NCBI GenBank assembly: GCA_002104905.1
Contig: MCFE01000636.1
Span: forward strand, 1-51,032
Source: Basidiobolus meristosporus CBS 931.73
Taxonomy: Eukaryota; Fungi; Basidiobolomycota
Length of the DNA: 51,032 nucleotides
Reading direction: 5' to 3'
Within the stretch, counting starts at the first letter, position 1; each line of letters begins with the position of its first letter. Positions 25,607-36,792 of this stretch are shown one piece after another. Under the pieces are notes generated by a model. The model saw only the letters and a list, made by a program, of their open reading frames with translations, was not told the DNA's origin and did not search any database. The position numbers and the translations under genes are program-made.

Positions 25607-26440
25607 CGAGATGGCAACCAGCCTGCACCATCGCACATTCCCATCACTCTCCGCTGGAGTGGTGTATGCTCTTTTATTTATACTTACTTCCACCACTATT
25701 CGTATAGTTTTTCTCGCACCCATCATGTTGATCTTTTAGATGACTTGTGTATACCATATGTGAAGGATTCCGCGAACTCTCCTCTCATTTGAATTCACTT
25801 ACTACACGTTGTTCATGCTGAGTGTCGTTAACCTTTCTGACAAGTAATACTCTAATTAAACCTGTGCTTAGTAACAAACCCATTCGCGTGAGCGCCTGTC
25901 CCGGCTAGTTTACCCATTTTTGGATGTAATTCGTACTTTATCTTTGAAAGAGAGATGCCAGGCAGACACCAATCTTGGTATATCTCCCAAACATGTTATC
26001 AATCCAGGTTATTCATCATTTGTCATCAGAAATGCATTTCGGTTCTGCGCAAGACGGTGATTGCGGGTTGGACACTTGCATTCAGTCATAGTTTACCCTG
26101 TACCAGAGCAAACATGTGTTGTGTTTGATTTGAGCCCAATACCACGCTTGGTGATCCCACCCGCATCCAAGATTGCCGACTAATAAGGAAGGCGAGGTTG
26201 TGACCTCGAAAAATATGAGTCCTTGGTTAATCCGCTATCAAGTGCAATCCGGGATTTCTCGTAAGTGGAGGTTTGTGTGATTGCAATTGTATGCTTGGAT
26301 AATTTGTATGGTGCAGTGCAATAGAACTCATCTTGGTTACTTATTGGGTCCTAATCAGCTGATATCTTTGATTAAAAGTTGTATATATATTGAACTACTT
26401 TCCGTTTCTCCCCGAATCAACCATTTCCCATTACTTGATC

Positions 26441-27920
26441 ATGGCCCAGGTCGTCTCCTCATTATCTGCGCCCGATGATAGATTTAGTGACAATTCCAAC
26501 CCGAACTCGAATCCACAGACCATCCACAACCATTGCCTAAGTGGCCAAGGAAGCCCAACCGTCTCGGAGCACGCTTTAAAAAGGAAGAAAAAGGCTACAC
26601 GCGCGTGTTTCCACTGTCAGAAAGCCCACCTAACATGTGATGACTGTATGAGTGCCGAGTTGTTCTTTCCTCTTAACCTGAATTGACTTGAGAATTTTAT
26701 GCAGCGCGCCCTTGCCAGAGGTGTATCAAGCGTAATCTGGCGGAATCCTGCAAGGACGGCGTTCGAAAAAAGGCCAAGTATCTCCAGGAAGGTTCTGGAC
26801 CGGGTTCGTAATGCTCCATACTGACAAAACGCAACCCTGGACTGAAGTATTACCTTCCGATAGGCACAGGCGATAATTTGATCTCTTCTAACGAGCTGTA
26901 CAATCACTGCCCAGCCAACTTTAATTACGGCTTCGATTCAGAAGCCCTAAACCTAGAGTATTCCATGCTTAGCACAATGCTTGCGAATCCCGGCCCAGCA
27001 GGAATCACTGACACTGCACCTTGGGCAGCTGTCAATGAGCCCCCTAGTCATAATCTTGTTGCGATAGGTAATATGATGCAAAGGAGCCCGACTATGATCA
27101 ACACAATCCCTGCCATCAGTGCGATATATCATCAACCCACCGCCCCGTTCAACTATACGGAGGGCTTTCACTATCTGTTAAGATACATCAAAGAAAGGTA
27201 AGCATACTTCGGGCTAGCGGACTCTCGACCACCTATTTATCCCCATATTCATCTACAGAATGGATAAACATGCCATCATGCGAATATGCAGGGCGATGGC
27301 GATATTTCGACCCTCATTCATCATACTGATCAAGAATCTCACGGAGGAGGATCTGATTTTTATGGAGAAGAGTTTTTTGAGGATCACGCTGGTAACCAGT
27401 CGTAGTAGGCTTGGTTCAGCGAATGTTTGATATTCAGCTTTGGCCTTGTAGGAATTTGAGAAGCTAGTCAGCTTCTCCGGGACGCCCACCGTGCTGTGGA
27501 GAAGAACCGGCCAGATAGCGTTGGTGGGGAAAGAATTCTCCCTGTTAACCCAGTGGTCCAAGGAGGATCTTCTGGGGAAACCAACTTACATATACGAGGT
27601 AAGCGCTGGTGGCCCTAGCTTTTCATCGCAGGCCTCTGATGGGTTTTCCAAGCTTATGGACAACAATTCGGCGGTCAATTACTGGGAGAAATTCGCCACC
27701 CACGCCTTTGATAATTCGGAACAGTCGGTGATGACCAAATGTACATTAATTAGCTCAACCGGTCGGGCCGTTCCGTGCGCTTTTTGTTTCACATTCAAAC
27801 GAGATATCTTCGACATACCTCTAGCCATTGTCGGGAACGTAAGTGGGCGCGCCGGACTGAACTCTAATTTTCGTCGAGATACTAACTGCCTCCCCCTAGT
27901 TTTTACCAATGCTTGGGTAG
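26441..27920 (+). CDS. ERT1: Zn2Cys6 gluconeogenesis transcription factor with PAS domain (ERT1/AcuK family)
   Basis: [14 protein letters not shown]|..[59 protein letters not shown], ending GN|FLPML. Several short introns. Confidence 0.9.
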
Positions 27921-28076
27921 ACCCGACCTGTATAGATATACCGCCTGTAATTGTTAATTGGCATAAAGTAAACTGTGTTCTTGATGCTTTGTCCTGGCAC
28001 CGAGGCCGGGATTGTGCCCTTTGTTTGTCAATTTCATGGGCAATCTGTTTTAGCTGGTTTCCAGTGAAATGATTCA

Positions 28077-28112
28077 GTGGTTTGTGGTTTTGTGGTTTTG
28101 CGGTTTTGCGGT
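28077..28112. repeat. Short tandem G(T/C)GGTTT(T) repeats
   Basis: GTGGTTTGTGGTTTTGTGGTTTTGCGGTTTTGCGG read directly. Confidence 0.7.
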
Positions 28113-28458
28113 CGAAATCTATGCATAGGGTTGGTGAATCTGAAGTCGTGGTGACGTTTATTGTCGAGATTCCGCCTGCGAAGACCTTGTTAGCCAATTG
28201 ATCCTTCAGAGAATCTAGTATTATGAAGGGTTTTCATTTGGGGGGTCTAAGCCACCGAGTCAAACATGATCCTGTGAGATTTCAATATCAGACATCACTG
28301 CCACTTGCAAACCTCCTTCTACTTAGATTACCTCAGCTACCCTAGGGTTTGGAGTATGGAGCAACGTAAGTGGTGGCTTAGCAGCCATAGGGGTGAGAAA
28401 TCTCTGAGCCTCTCATATAAAGCAGGGAGCTCGATCATCCTTTCAACCTACGACAGCC

Positions 28459-29598
28459 ATGCGTTCAGTAGTACTTTTGACCATCCTATCTCTTATTTCC
28501 GTATCGGCTTATCCTAGCTCACCTAGAGGTAGGGAACGACGAGGAACTAGCGTGATCGACGTTTTGTCTCAAGATAGAAGATTCTCCAAGTTCTTGGATT
28601 CGCTCTCGAGGAATCGTGGGTTGGCCGACGATCTAGATGACCCGAGACAGGAGGTGACGGTGTTCGCACCAACCAACGAAGCGTACGAAAGAGCCAGAGA
28701 GGAACTGCAGGGACGTCGTCCTCGCGCCGACGCCGAAGATATCTGGAGATACCATTTCACCCCACTGTTTGCGGATTCCGTATCGCTGCGACGAGTCAAA
28801 TTACTCCCAACCCAGCTGCAACTTCGCAGCCTAAACGGGGAGGAGCAGAAAATCCGGGTGGTCAACCGAAACAACAAGATCTACCTTAATGGCGAGGTTC
28901 TGCTTCAGGACACCGACATTGAGGCGGACAACGGAATTGTCCACGCCGTGGATGAGATTCTCTTCCCCCCTGCCAGCTCTTCGGAGATTCTCTTCAAGAG
29001 GCCTTATCAATTCTCCACCCTGAGCTCCGCTTTGCAGATCACCAACCTGGAAAGGTTGCTGGATGCTGAGGATGGGGTCACTGTTTTCGCTCCAACCAAC
29101 ACTGCCTTCAGGAAACTTGGCTGCCGTGCGCTGCAGTATCTGTTCAGCGACCTGGGCCAAAGGGATCTCCGTAAAATCATCGAGTACCATATCTCCCCCG
29201 AGCTTGTTTACAGTATTGACCTCAAATCCTACGGACGTAGAAGGGGTGGAGAGCGTGGTGGAGAGCAAGATGGTGACCGCAGATACCGCAAGCTTACCGA
29301 CCAAGGCCAAGACGACGTGGACACGGCTCTATGGAAGGGAGATGACTATGAGGATCGTCGGGACTATCCACAGCAGGTGGTTGATCTCCCAACCATGCTC
29401 CGAGGCAAGTACATTACTGTGCAGCTCAGAAACGGGCACTACTCACGAAGCAACATACTGGTCAACAATGAAGCGAATGTGGTGTTTTCCGACACTGTTG
29501 CCAAGAATGGAGTGATACACGCCATCGACGAGCTGCTGATTCCGGACGGGATCGATATCCCTGAATTGGATTTCTTTGACGACGAAGGAATGTGCTAA
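28459..29598 (+). CDS. Secreted fasciclin protein with two FAS1 domains
   Basis: Signal peptide. TVFAPTNEA..NGIVHAVDEIL and TVFAPTNTAF..NGVIHAIDELL (H1/H2 motifs twice). Intronless. Confidence 0.93.
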   Translation: MRSVVLLTILSLISVSAYPSSPRGRERRGTSVIDVLSQDRRFSKFLDSLSRNRGLADDLDDPRQEVTVFAPTNEAYERAREELQGRRPRADAEDIWRYHFTPLFADSVSLRRVKLLPTQLQLRSLNGEEQKIRVVNRNNKIYLNGEVLLQDTDIEADNGIVHAVDEILFPPASSSEILFKRPYQFSTLSSALQITNLERLLDAEDGVTVFAPTNTAFRKLGCRALQYLFSDLGQRDLRKIIEYHISPELVYSIDLKSYGRRRGGERGGEQDGDRRYRKLTDQGQDDVDTALWKGDDYEDRRDYPQQVVDLPTMLRGKYITVQLRNGHYSRSNILVNNEANVVFSDTVAKNGVIHAIDELLIPDGIDIPELDFFDDEGMC

Positions 29599-29956
29599 CC
29601 ATGCTCTATGTAACTATCATCTCTTACGAGGAACCGGTCTTTTGGCCCCTCTCGCCCGGCGGATTCCCCCAGGCGACAACAATGTTAATAAATAAAGGAG
29701 TTCGCAGCAACACATCTGGCTGGCAAGTTTAGTGGGATTATTTGGGGTCTGGTCGATGGCTTGTCCAAAAACACAGAGTACGAAGTGCTGATTCTATGGG
29801 ACAAAACAGTAGGTAGACTACATATACGGATAGATATATATATATATACGCAAGCGCGAGGTCATGGTATCATATCTGAGGGCGGGAAATTGGGGGTTGG
29901 AAAATCGGAACCTCTCCCCTGACGGGCTACAAAATGGTTGATCGGGATATATATAT

Positions 29957-31093
29957 CTAGATGTAATTGAAGGAGGCGGCGACTAGTGCGAAAAACCAGA
30001 GTCCCAAGAAGATCCATATGGTCACGAACCGATCCTGGGGGTCGTATCTCCTCGCCATTGGTATCATCCCTCCCACAACTGTGTAGAGCAGTATTCCGGC
30101 TGCCAAAGCCAATAGACTGGCGCTGATCGCCTGATTCCAATACGTGACGAACAATAGATATCCGAGGAGCGCCCCCAACAGCTGGACCACGATCCCAATT
30201 CCCGCGGAGATGGAGAAGCTCTTCCAACGGGAGCCAGTTGCGTAGTATATGGGGAGCACGATCATCATCCCCTCGGGAATCTTGTGTAGCGCTAAAGCGA
30301 TGGCAAACAGCGTCCCGATTTTGGAGGAGGTCAGTGTGGCCGTGAAGATGGCCAGGCCTTCCGGGAAATTATGAATGGCCAACGCGGTGGCTATCTGGCA
30401 ACCAAGGGCTCGGAATTCTCCAGAGTTTTGTCGGATATGTGTGGGAGGAGGCGTCTTTGGATCAGGATGGCTGGTATGCTCTTGAGGGTGAGCTTGTTCA
30501 ACCACCGTGATTACCTCCCGATCAACCAGCACCTCCTGCTTTAGGTTCCTGTCGTGGAGAGTGGGTTGATCGGCGTTGAAATGAGGCTGCTCCTGTTCGT
30601 CTGGATACAGAATCGATTTGGTCGGCTTCCTCTGGGACTTCACCTTCTTCGCTATCATTACTATTAGCACGCCGACTATGAATACCGCGGTTGCTAGGAG
30701 TTGGGCATGTTGAGGTGGTATGACCCCAGATATCTTGTAGTGATTGATGGATTCGGGAAGTAGATCGCCTAGACACAAGAACAGCAAAATGCCGGCCGAA
30801 AATGCAAAAGAACAAGCCAGGAATCCTGGTGAGTTAGAGATACGAAATGACCAGTTCATCTTCGCAGCCAGGTCATCGACAAATGGCAAGAGGGAGCCTA
30901 TCGAACTGGCCACTCCACTCATGGTGGTCAAGGCAAACGCCAGACCGACATTTCCTGAAGCCAACGCGCCCTCGGGGTTGTTGCTGCGCGCAGGTTCTAC
31001 CACATCCTCGTGGTCATGTCCTCCGTGACCTTCGATAAAGCCAAGTGAGGACACAAGAAGCAAAGGGATGAGCAATATCAAGTGGGACTTCAT
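29957..31093 (-). CDS. ZIP-family metal (zinc/iron) transporter, ZupT/GufA-like
   Basis: About 8 hydrophobic segments, HNFPEG and HKIPEG metal-site motifs, signal peptide followed by HGGHDHE. Intronless. Confidence 0.9.
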   Translation of the reverse strand: MKSHLILLIPLLLVSSLGFIEGHGGHDHEDVVEPARSNNPEGALASGNVGLAFALTTMSGVASSIGSLLPFVDDLAAKMNWSFRISNSPGFLACSFAFSAGILLFLCLGDLLPESINHYKISGVIPPQHAQLLATAVFIVGVLIVMIAKKVKSQRKPTKSILYPDEQEQPHFNADQPTLHDRNLKQEVLVDREVITVVEQAHPQEHTSHPDPKTPPPTHIRQNSGEFRALGCQIATALAIHNFPEGLAIFTATLTSSKIGTLFAIALALHKIPEGMMIVLPIYYATGSRWKSFSISAGIGIVVQLLGALLGYLLFVTYWNQAISASLLALAAGILLYTVVGGMIPMARRYDPQDRFVTIWIFLGLWFFALVAASFNYI

Positions 31094-32104
31094 ATCTCAG
31101 GATTAACTTATTGGCAGCCAAGGACTAAGGTTGAATGAATTCGTACTGAAGCAATGAATTGGGATGATCAAGGGGAACAGCCTGGCTGGATGATCGATAG
31201 CAGAGGGAAGGGAAAAGAGAGGCTGAGGGACGAAATGAAATATTCCTTGTATTCGACACCGTGAAGATATCTAAGAGAGAAAGAATGCGTGAATGTCTGA
31301 GATTGGGAACAGACTCAAGAGTTGATATGTTACGAGCCAAAACAAAGCTCAACAAGCTTCCGGTATGCAAAGCTTTTTCCCGCTTCTACCTACATCTGGC
31401 CGTGGTGAAAGGTCAATCAGAAAATTGACGACTCTGATGGCTACCTGATCGGTGTGCGAGCTGATTGTTTTATTCACCCTTATGCGAGATTGTTTTTGAC
31501 CAGGATGCATGCTACTGTATGGAGGATTTGACCACAATAGAGGCTACGTGGATTTGCTTGGCTTCGCTGAAATCCGATCTCTGCCGAGAAAAGCCCCAAT
31601 CTACCCTGCACGTATTATCCGAATCAACTTTATATCTTATTGAGAGTGAGCAGTAGTCTTGAAACAAAAATAGAAGGAAACAAAAAACCCTCATTTCACA
31701 GGAGAGGAATACACTGAGAATGATCGAACAGAAGAGATGAATTTCGTAACAGCAGGGATGTTCCTTCGCGCGGGCTGCACGCACAAACATTCAAATGAAG
31801 GTGTGGATGAGAAACATTCGGCGGGGTGGAATGAGGGGCACCAATCGATAGTTAAGTGGGGCTAGGGTTGGTGTTGATGTTCGTGGTGGCTGGGTGACAT
31901 GGTGGAAAGGCTAAGATAAATAGAGTAGGTTACTGTATATACATGAAGAATGAATATGTTCTACCACACTCTTCAAAGAGATGGAGCGATAAATGAACAG
32001 GTTGAACAGGGGTTTGTGCAGTGCCAAGGATGTATCAAGTTGGGGAGGAGGTTCCATGTCTATGAGCTGTTTGCTGAGATGGGCTTCCCAGCCTCCCATC
32101 TTGC

Positions 32105-33974
32105 TTAGTCGGCCTGTTTCTCTTTGTCTGCTAGGTCCAAGGTTGTGGTTGCTGATGTTGAAGACTTCCTTTTGCTGTTAACACCGGCCGGTGTCTTCGC
32201 TTTCTTGGCTTTGGGTGACCCCTGCTGGCTGTTCGCACGCTTCTTTCTGTGAGGGTCTAGATCAACGGCGAACGTGGCACGATTCTTACCTGATCAGAAG
32301 TTAGCGACACGCGGCATCCGTATGAATGGTCGAGTATATCTCACCTAAAACTGGCGAAGGGGCCGGATTAACTCTAGGGGAGACCAGCCCGGGGGATGGT
32401 GATGGTGATGGCTCATACCGAGTATTGGGCGCACCAGAATTGACATTGTGGTTGGAAGATGGCATGGGTTGCTTGTGAGGACCGGAGGAGGCGGAGATGC
32501 TGGACATCCCCTCCATCATTTGCTTGGGTATCGCGTGTGAGGGAACCGGTGACTGCACAGGCGTACTGCCTTGGCGCATGCTTCGAGCAATTTCCGCGTA
32601 CTTTTGTAGCGACTCTAAAGGGTAACTTAGCGATGTTGGCGTGGGAGTAGGTTAGACAGATACGTACGGATTGGCCCCGAGTTTGACTGCAGGCTAAACG
32701 AGATCAGCTCCCTCATGTGGCATATTACCTCGGATATCTACATGTGTCGCATGAGCAACTTGGGGAAGAATCACAAAGTCCACAACCCGTTACCTCTAGG
32801 CATCTCATTGTCTTGGGGGGAACCCCGTATTCATTTACAGGCGTTTTGGGCAGGTTGATCCCTCCGCCATTCATCACGTTCCCTTTGTTGTCCTGTTCGT
32901 TACCAAGGGTTTGCAAAAGGTGACGAGGAATAAACTCATCGTGCTGGCTGGTTTGGAATTCCAGCTGCTCTATCTTGAGCTGTGGCGTAAACGTAACTCT
33001 CATCATCCCATTGGCAGTAACCTAAAGCTCAAGTCATCAGCTCCCCGAATAGAAGCACAACTAAATGAATCCAAGTCACCTGGACTCCGTTATAATAATG
33101 ATAAATAAAGGAAGCATTCGAACACTCCACGATATGCGAGCCATTTAGCAGCACGAACTCCCGGGGATTACTCATCAGCAGGTTGATTCCAGTCATGTCC
33201 GACTCGAAGTTAATCACATAATACCGCGGTAGCAGAGCAGTCGATAATTCTGCAATGGAGGTTTAGAAATCGCCTTCACACTGATGTTCACAGGGGTTCC
33301 TACCGAATGTGCGGGTGTCTTTGAACTGTATGTTGCGAATGGTATATTTCATACAACCATTCTCCACATAAAAGTCATTGACGAATTTGCGCCATTGCTC
33401 TATATCCAGTTTGTCCATCTAGAATTCATCTCTGAACGTTAGGGTTGCCATTGATGCTAGACACAGGCAAAAAGTACATACGTCTGGACGTGGCGCCAAG
33501 TATTCTCCATACTGGACCAGCTTGTATATTGCGGCACCGGACGTGAGAGGTCTAGGGGGTCTAAGAATTAACGTTGACACCCAAATATCAAGTTGCCAGG
33601 TAGTAGGTTACTTACGCCGGTTGGGTGGTGGGTGGGCCCATAGGTAGATTAACTGGCACCGAAGAAGAACGAGAACCAACGGAACTCGTGTCAACGGGTT
33701 GCGAAGAAGCCTGGTGAGGGTTTTGAAGCGTTTGGCCCAAATTGGGTTGTTGAGGGACCCCACTAGGGTTGAGATTCGCACCCTGGCTGGCGTTCAACAT
33801 TCCTTGGTTGGAAGGCGCCGGACCTCCTGGTCTCACACCGCCAAGGTTGTTGACAAACATTTGTGAGGGATTTTGCTGCTGCTGCTGCTGTTGTTGTTGT
33901 TGTTGTTGTTGTTGACGTTGTTGCATTAAAAGTTGAAACTTGGTATTAGCCATGAATTGGGCGGTAGTTGACAT
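32105..33974 (-). CDS. LIM-domain-binding transcriptional co-regulator (LDB1/SEUSS/Adn1/Mfg1/PtaB family), multi-intron
   Basis: Poly-Q N-terminus. Spliced exons KLVQYGEYL, WRKFVNDFY, LSTALLPRYY, MRVTF..KIEQLEF, VNEYGVPPKTMRCLE|ISEVICHMRELISFS. Basic NLS-like C-terminus. Confidence 0.85.
33873..33914 (-). repeat. (CAA)n(CAG)n poly-glutamine microsatellite in the LDB-family gene
   Basis: TTGTTG../CTGCTG.. run on the plus strand, translating to QQRQQQQQQQQQQQQQ. Confidence 0.9.
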
Positions 33975-34429
33975 TATGATTCAGAACGTTGGACTTTGAA
34001 ATATATATGACAAAATTTTACACTTTGACTTGATTTATATATACGAAGTCAAGGCAGTAAGTCGACAAAAGAGGCGAATTGAAAGCGAATGGGCGATAGG
34101 TTCAAGTGCACAGACCCAAAAGTTCTCCAAAGATAGCAAACGCGTATTCAAGCTTCACACTGAGTAAATATAAGGGAGGTTGAACTCAAAGTTGCCGAAC
34201 AGACTTTATGATAGATGGAGCTTCTTTGGTGAGTAACCAGCGAACATCAACCAGTGCGTAGGCGTTCGCCGAAATGAGCCTCACTTTGAAATCGCAACCA
34301 CCAATCACCTTTGGATGAATGACTTGGGAATTTTCAAATCTAATGATATGATCACCAAATTTCATCGAGATTTTTGAATAAGCGTATTAAGATCGATATT
34401 CTAAGCTTGCGTTGCGTTCTTAATAATTC

Positions 34430-34904
34430 TATTTCACCCCTACCTCCATCACTCACAGATCACATTCAACAAACCCCCAAAATTGAATGGCCTCATGATG
34501 TCATAACCGCCTTGGTCCAGGATCCAATTTGCTAGTCGATTATGTTGGCATACGGCGTTGACAGCTTGAACCCGATGCTAGCCATCCAGTCGGTATGCGC
34601 GTGTTGGCAGCCGAGGGATTGTTGCTCTGGATTAGAGTTTGGCATTTGCACCAGCACAGAGGTACAGAGCCGATGGGATTCCAGCAGTTTGTTTGCTTGA
34701 TTTGTACCACTGGTGGAAGTAGGCGAATCTATTGGTTGTGAGTCGGTGAGATCACTTGCATGGAGCTCAACGATGGCAATGGGTTGACCGGAGCCCTGGC
34801 GATCTGTAAATACCCATAGCTGAGCTGATGCTGAGCATCGCCCTTGCTCGCCAGTCTCATTGACACAACCCGCAGTACGTCTTCTGGGCGGTTGACTGGT
34901 CCAT
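34430..34904 (-). pseudogene. Decayed VeA-like velvet gene
   Basis: ATG 34904 gives MDQSTAQKTY..Q*DWRARA (RARA at 34839-34850), then across frameshifts TDR (34799-34807), PVNPLP (34774-34791) and IVEL (34763-34774). This matches the VeA pattern TY.L.V.QQP.RARAC..DRRPVDPPP.VEL. By-eye alignment. Confidence 0.6.
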
Positions 34905-35686
34905 GACCGGAGCGTGAAGTTGAGTGGCTGCCCGCGCAGTTAAGAAAACCCAATGAAATCCCCTCATTTGGTTATGCACAATTGTTTTCCACTCAATGGG
35001 GCGATTTGGAGGTTTTTAGTAGTAGATCCGTTCCTAGATATCATCGCAATATATCCTAATATGAGCATGTGATTCGCAACAAAATCCATCACTGTTAAAC
35101 CAGATTGCCTTCGGTTACCGATGACCATGCTATGATTTTTCATCTCATTCCAAGATCACCTCCTACTCGTGGCTAATCCCACACGCCTGGTGCATGGTGG
35201 CAGTGGGTTAGTTAGTGCCCCGTCTAGGCCGCTCGTTTTGTTTACAAGTGGGCATCTAGTGGTTGCCTAAAGGACATTCGCCTTGTGCAGGATTCCTAGT
35301 ATGGCACAAGTGATTAAAACTAAGCTTGATCACTAAGCCATTGGGGGTGATCTAAATTCCATCGATGAAGCCTAATCCATGCCTCACGGAGAATATCAAG
35401 ATTGCATAGAAAGATCTTCCGGGTCATCATCATCTCATCATTAGTCTATTCTCAGCTTCCAAGTGAGTTGCTGCTCCGTACAAACTGATCGTGGATGCGG
35501 ACCCGAACATCCAAGGTAGTACATCGGCCTCGAAAATGGAAAAAACGAGGGATTTACATGCGAGTAGAACGATGGATCAGGTTACGGCAGGGCTGCGACA
35601 GGGCGAAGGAAGGTTCGAATGTACTGGTTGTGCTATACTCATGGATTGAGGAAGACCAAGCGATTTTTATTTGACCAGCTGCCACT

Positions 35687-36020
35687 CGATATGATGTAAG
35701 GTGAGGTGACCCACATCGAGCAGAGCCGGGTAAATTTTGGCTGATATGGGTTTATCGCCATCTCCATTTTCAACGGATGGGTCGATAAGCGTCCTACGTT
35801 GTCGGCGATATGACTCTTGCATTCCCTTGAGTCGTGCCGGGCCTTGATGGCCAGAGGGCTTCCTCTCGGGCGAGTGGTCCTCGTCACGCTGGCTGGAATC
35901 CTAGAGTCCACGCTCATCTGAAGACTTGCTAGCGCCTAACCAGGCTTCAGGATATTTCGGCCCATCTCCTGTTTTGGAACTTTCATTCTGATATCCATCT
36001 AAGATTGACCATTGGATGGA
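35687..36020 (+). pseudogene. Possible decayed velvet paralogue directly upstream of the intact velvet gene
   Basis: RYDVR*GDPHRA (35687-35722), ADMGLSPSP (35740-35766) and TLAGILES (35886-35909) occur in the order of velvet motifs Y.L.V.QQP.RA, DRRPLDPPP and L.G.LVS. Weak, and spread over different frames. Confidence 0.35.
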
Positions 36021-36174
36021 GATCATTATACAATTCCCAAAATGAGCCAGGAAACTGGCCTAATGCTATCATATATAATATCAAGGATATCACCACTTCT
36101 TTTTTGTCTGCATAATCTGTTTCCTTGCATAACCTTCGAAGCCGCGGCCAAAGTTAACAACCCCTTCAATATTG

Positions 36175-36792
36175 ATGGTTACGTACGCTTTGGAAGTGGT
36201 CCAACAGCCAGTAAGGGCTCGTCTCTCTGGCTTTGGGGTTCGTCGCTGTCCACTAGACCCTCCCCCAATATTGAAGCTAACTCTGAGGGATGCAGAGAGC
36301 GATGTAGATGCCTCGCACCTCGTGGTCCATGCTGATTTATGGTCGGCGGACACCACGAAAGTACGAAATCTCGTCATCAACCCTGCCTCCGTCCCCCACG
36401 AACCTGCCTCTTCGAGCATCTCGGTCATATCTTTGAAATCCCCCGTCTACGCCCGAAATCTCGTGGGATCCCTGGTTTCACCTTCCTACCAACTACTCAA
36501 TCTCGATGACGAGCAAGGGATATATTTTGTTTTCCCCGACCTGTCGGTGAGGACCGAAGGCCAGTTCGTCCTCAAATTTGTTCTATCCGACCTTCTGAGG
36601 GTCAGAGAGGACCTGAGTGCCGGCATCTTGGCCCATTGTTACTCGAAACCGTTCACCATATACACCAGCCGGGAGTTCCCGGGGGTCGACAAGTCCACCC
36701 CGTTAACCAACCACTTTGCAAAACAGGGGGTGCAGATCCCCACCCGACGAACTAGCTACCACCGCGAGGAGGTGGACAGGGAGGAGGAGTGA
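36175..36792 (+). CDS. Velvet-domain protein (VelB-like), consisting almost entirely of the velvet domain
   Basis: YALEVVQQPVRARLSGFG..PLDPPPIL, RNLVGSLVS, YFVFPDLSVRTEGQF, SKPFTIY..FPG..ST.L...FAKQG..IPTR. Intronless; ATG 36175. Confidence 0.92.
   Translation: MVTYALEVVQQPVRARLSGFGVRRCPLDPPPILKLTLRDAESDVDASHLVVHADLWSADTTKVRNLVINPASVPHEPASSSISVISLKSPVYARNLVGSLVSPSYQLLNLDDEQGIYFVFPDLSVRTEGQFVLKFVLSDLLRVREDLSAGILAHCYSKPFTIYTSREFPGVDKSTPLTNHFAKQGVQIPTRRTSYHREEVDREEE

Noticed and set aside
29830-29960. (AT)n runs between fasciclin and ZIP
   Set aside because: Ordinary short microsatellites in convergent 3' regions.
34910-34919. GAGCGTGAAG matching U3 snoRNA box B
   Set aside because: No box A/A', C or D at the expected spacing.
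35640-35940. In-frame TGA codons as possible selenocysteine recoding
   Set aside because: The same frame also has TAA stops, there is no selenoprotein motif, and no SECIS was seen.
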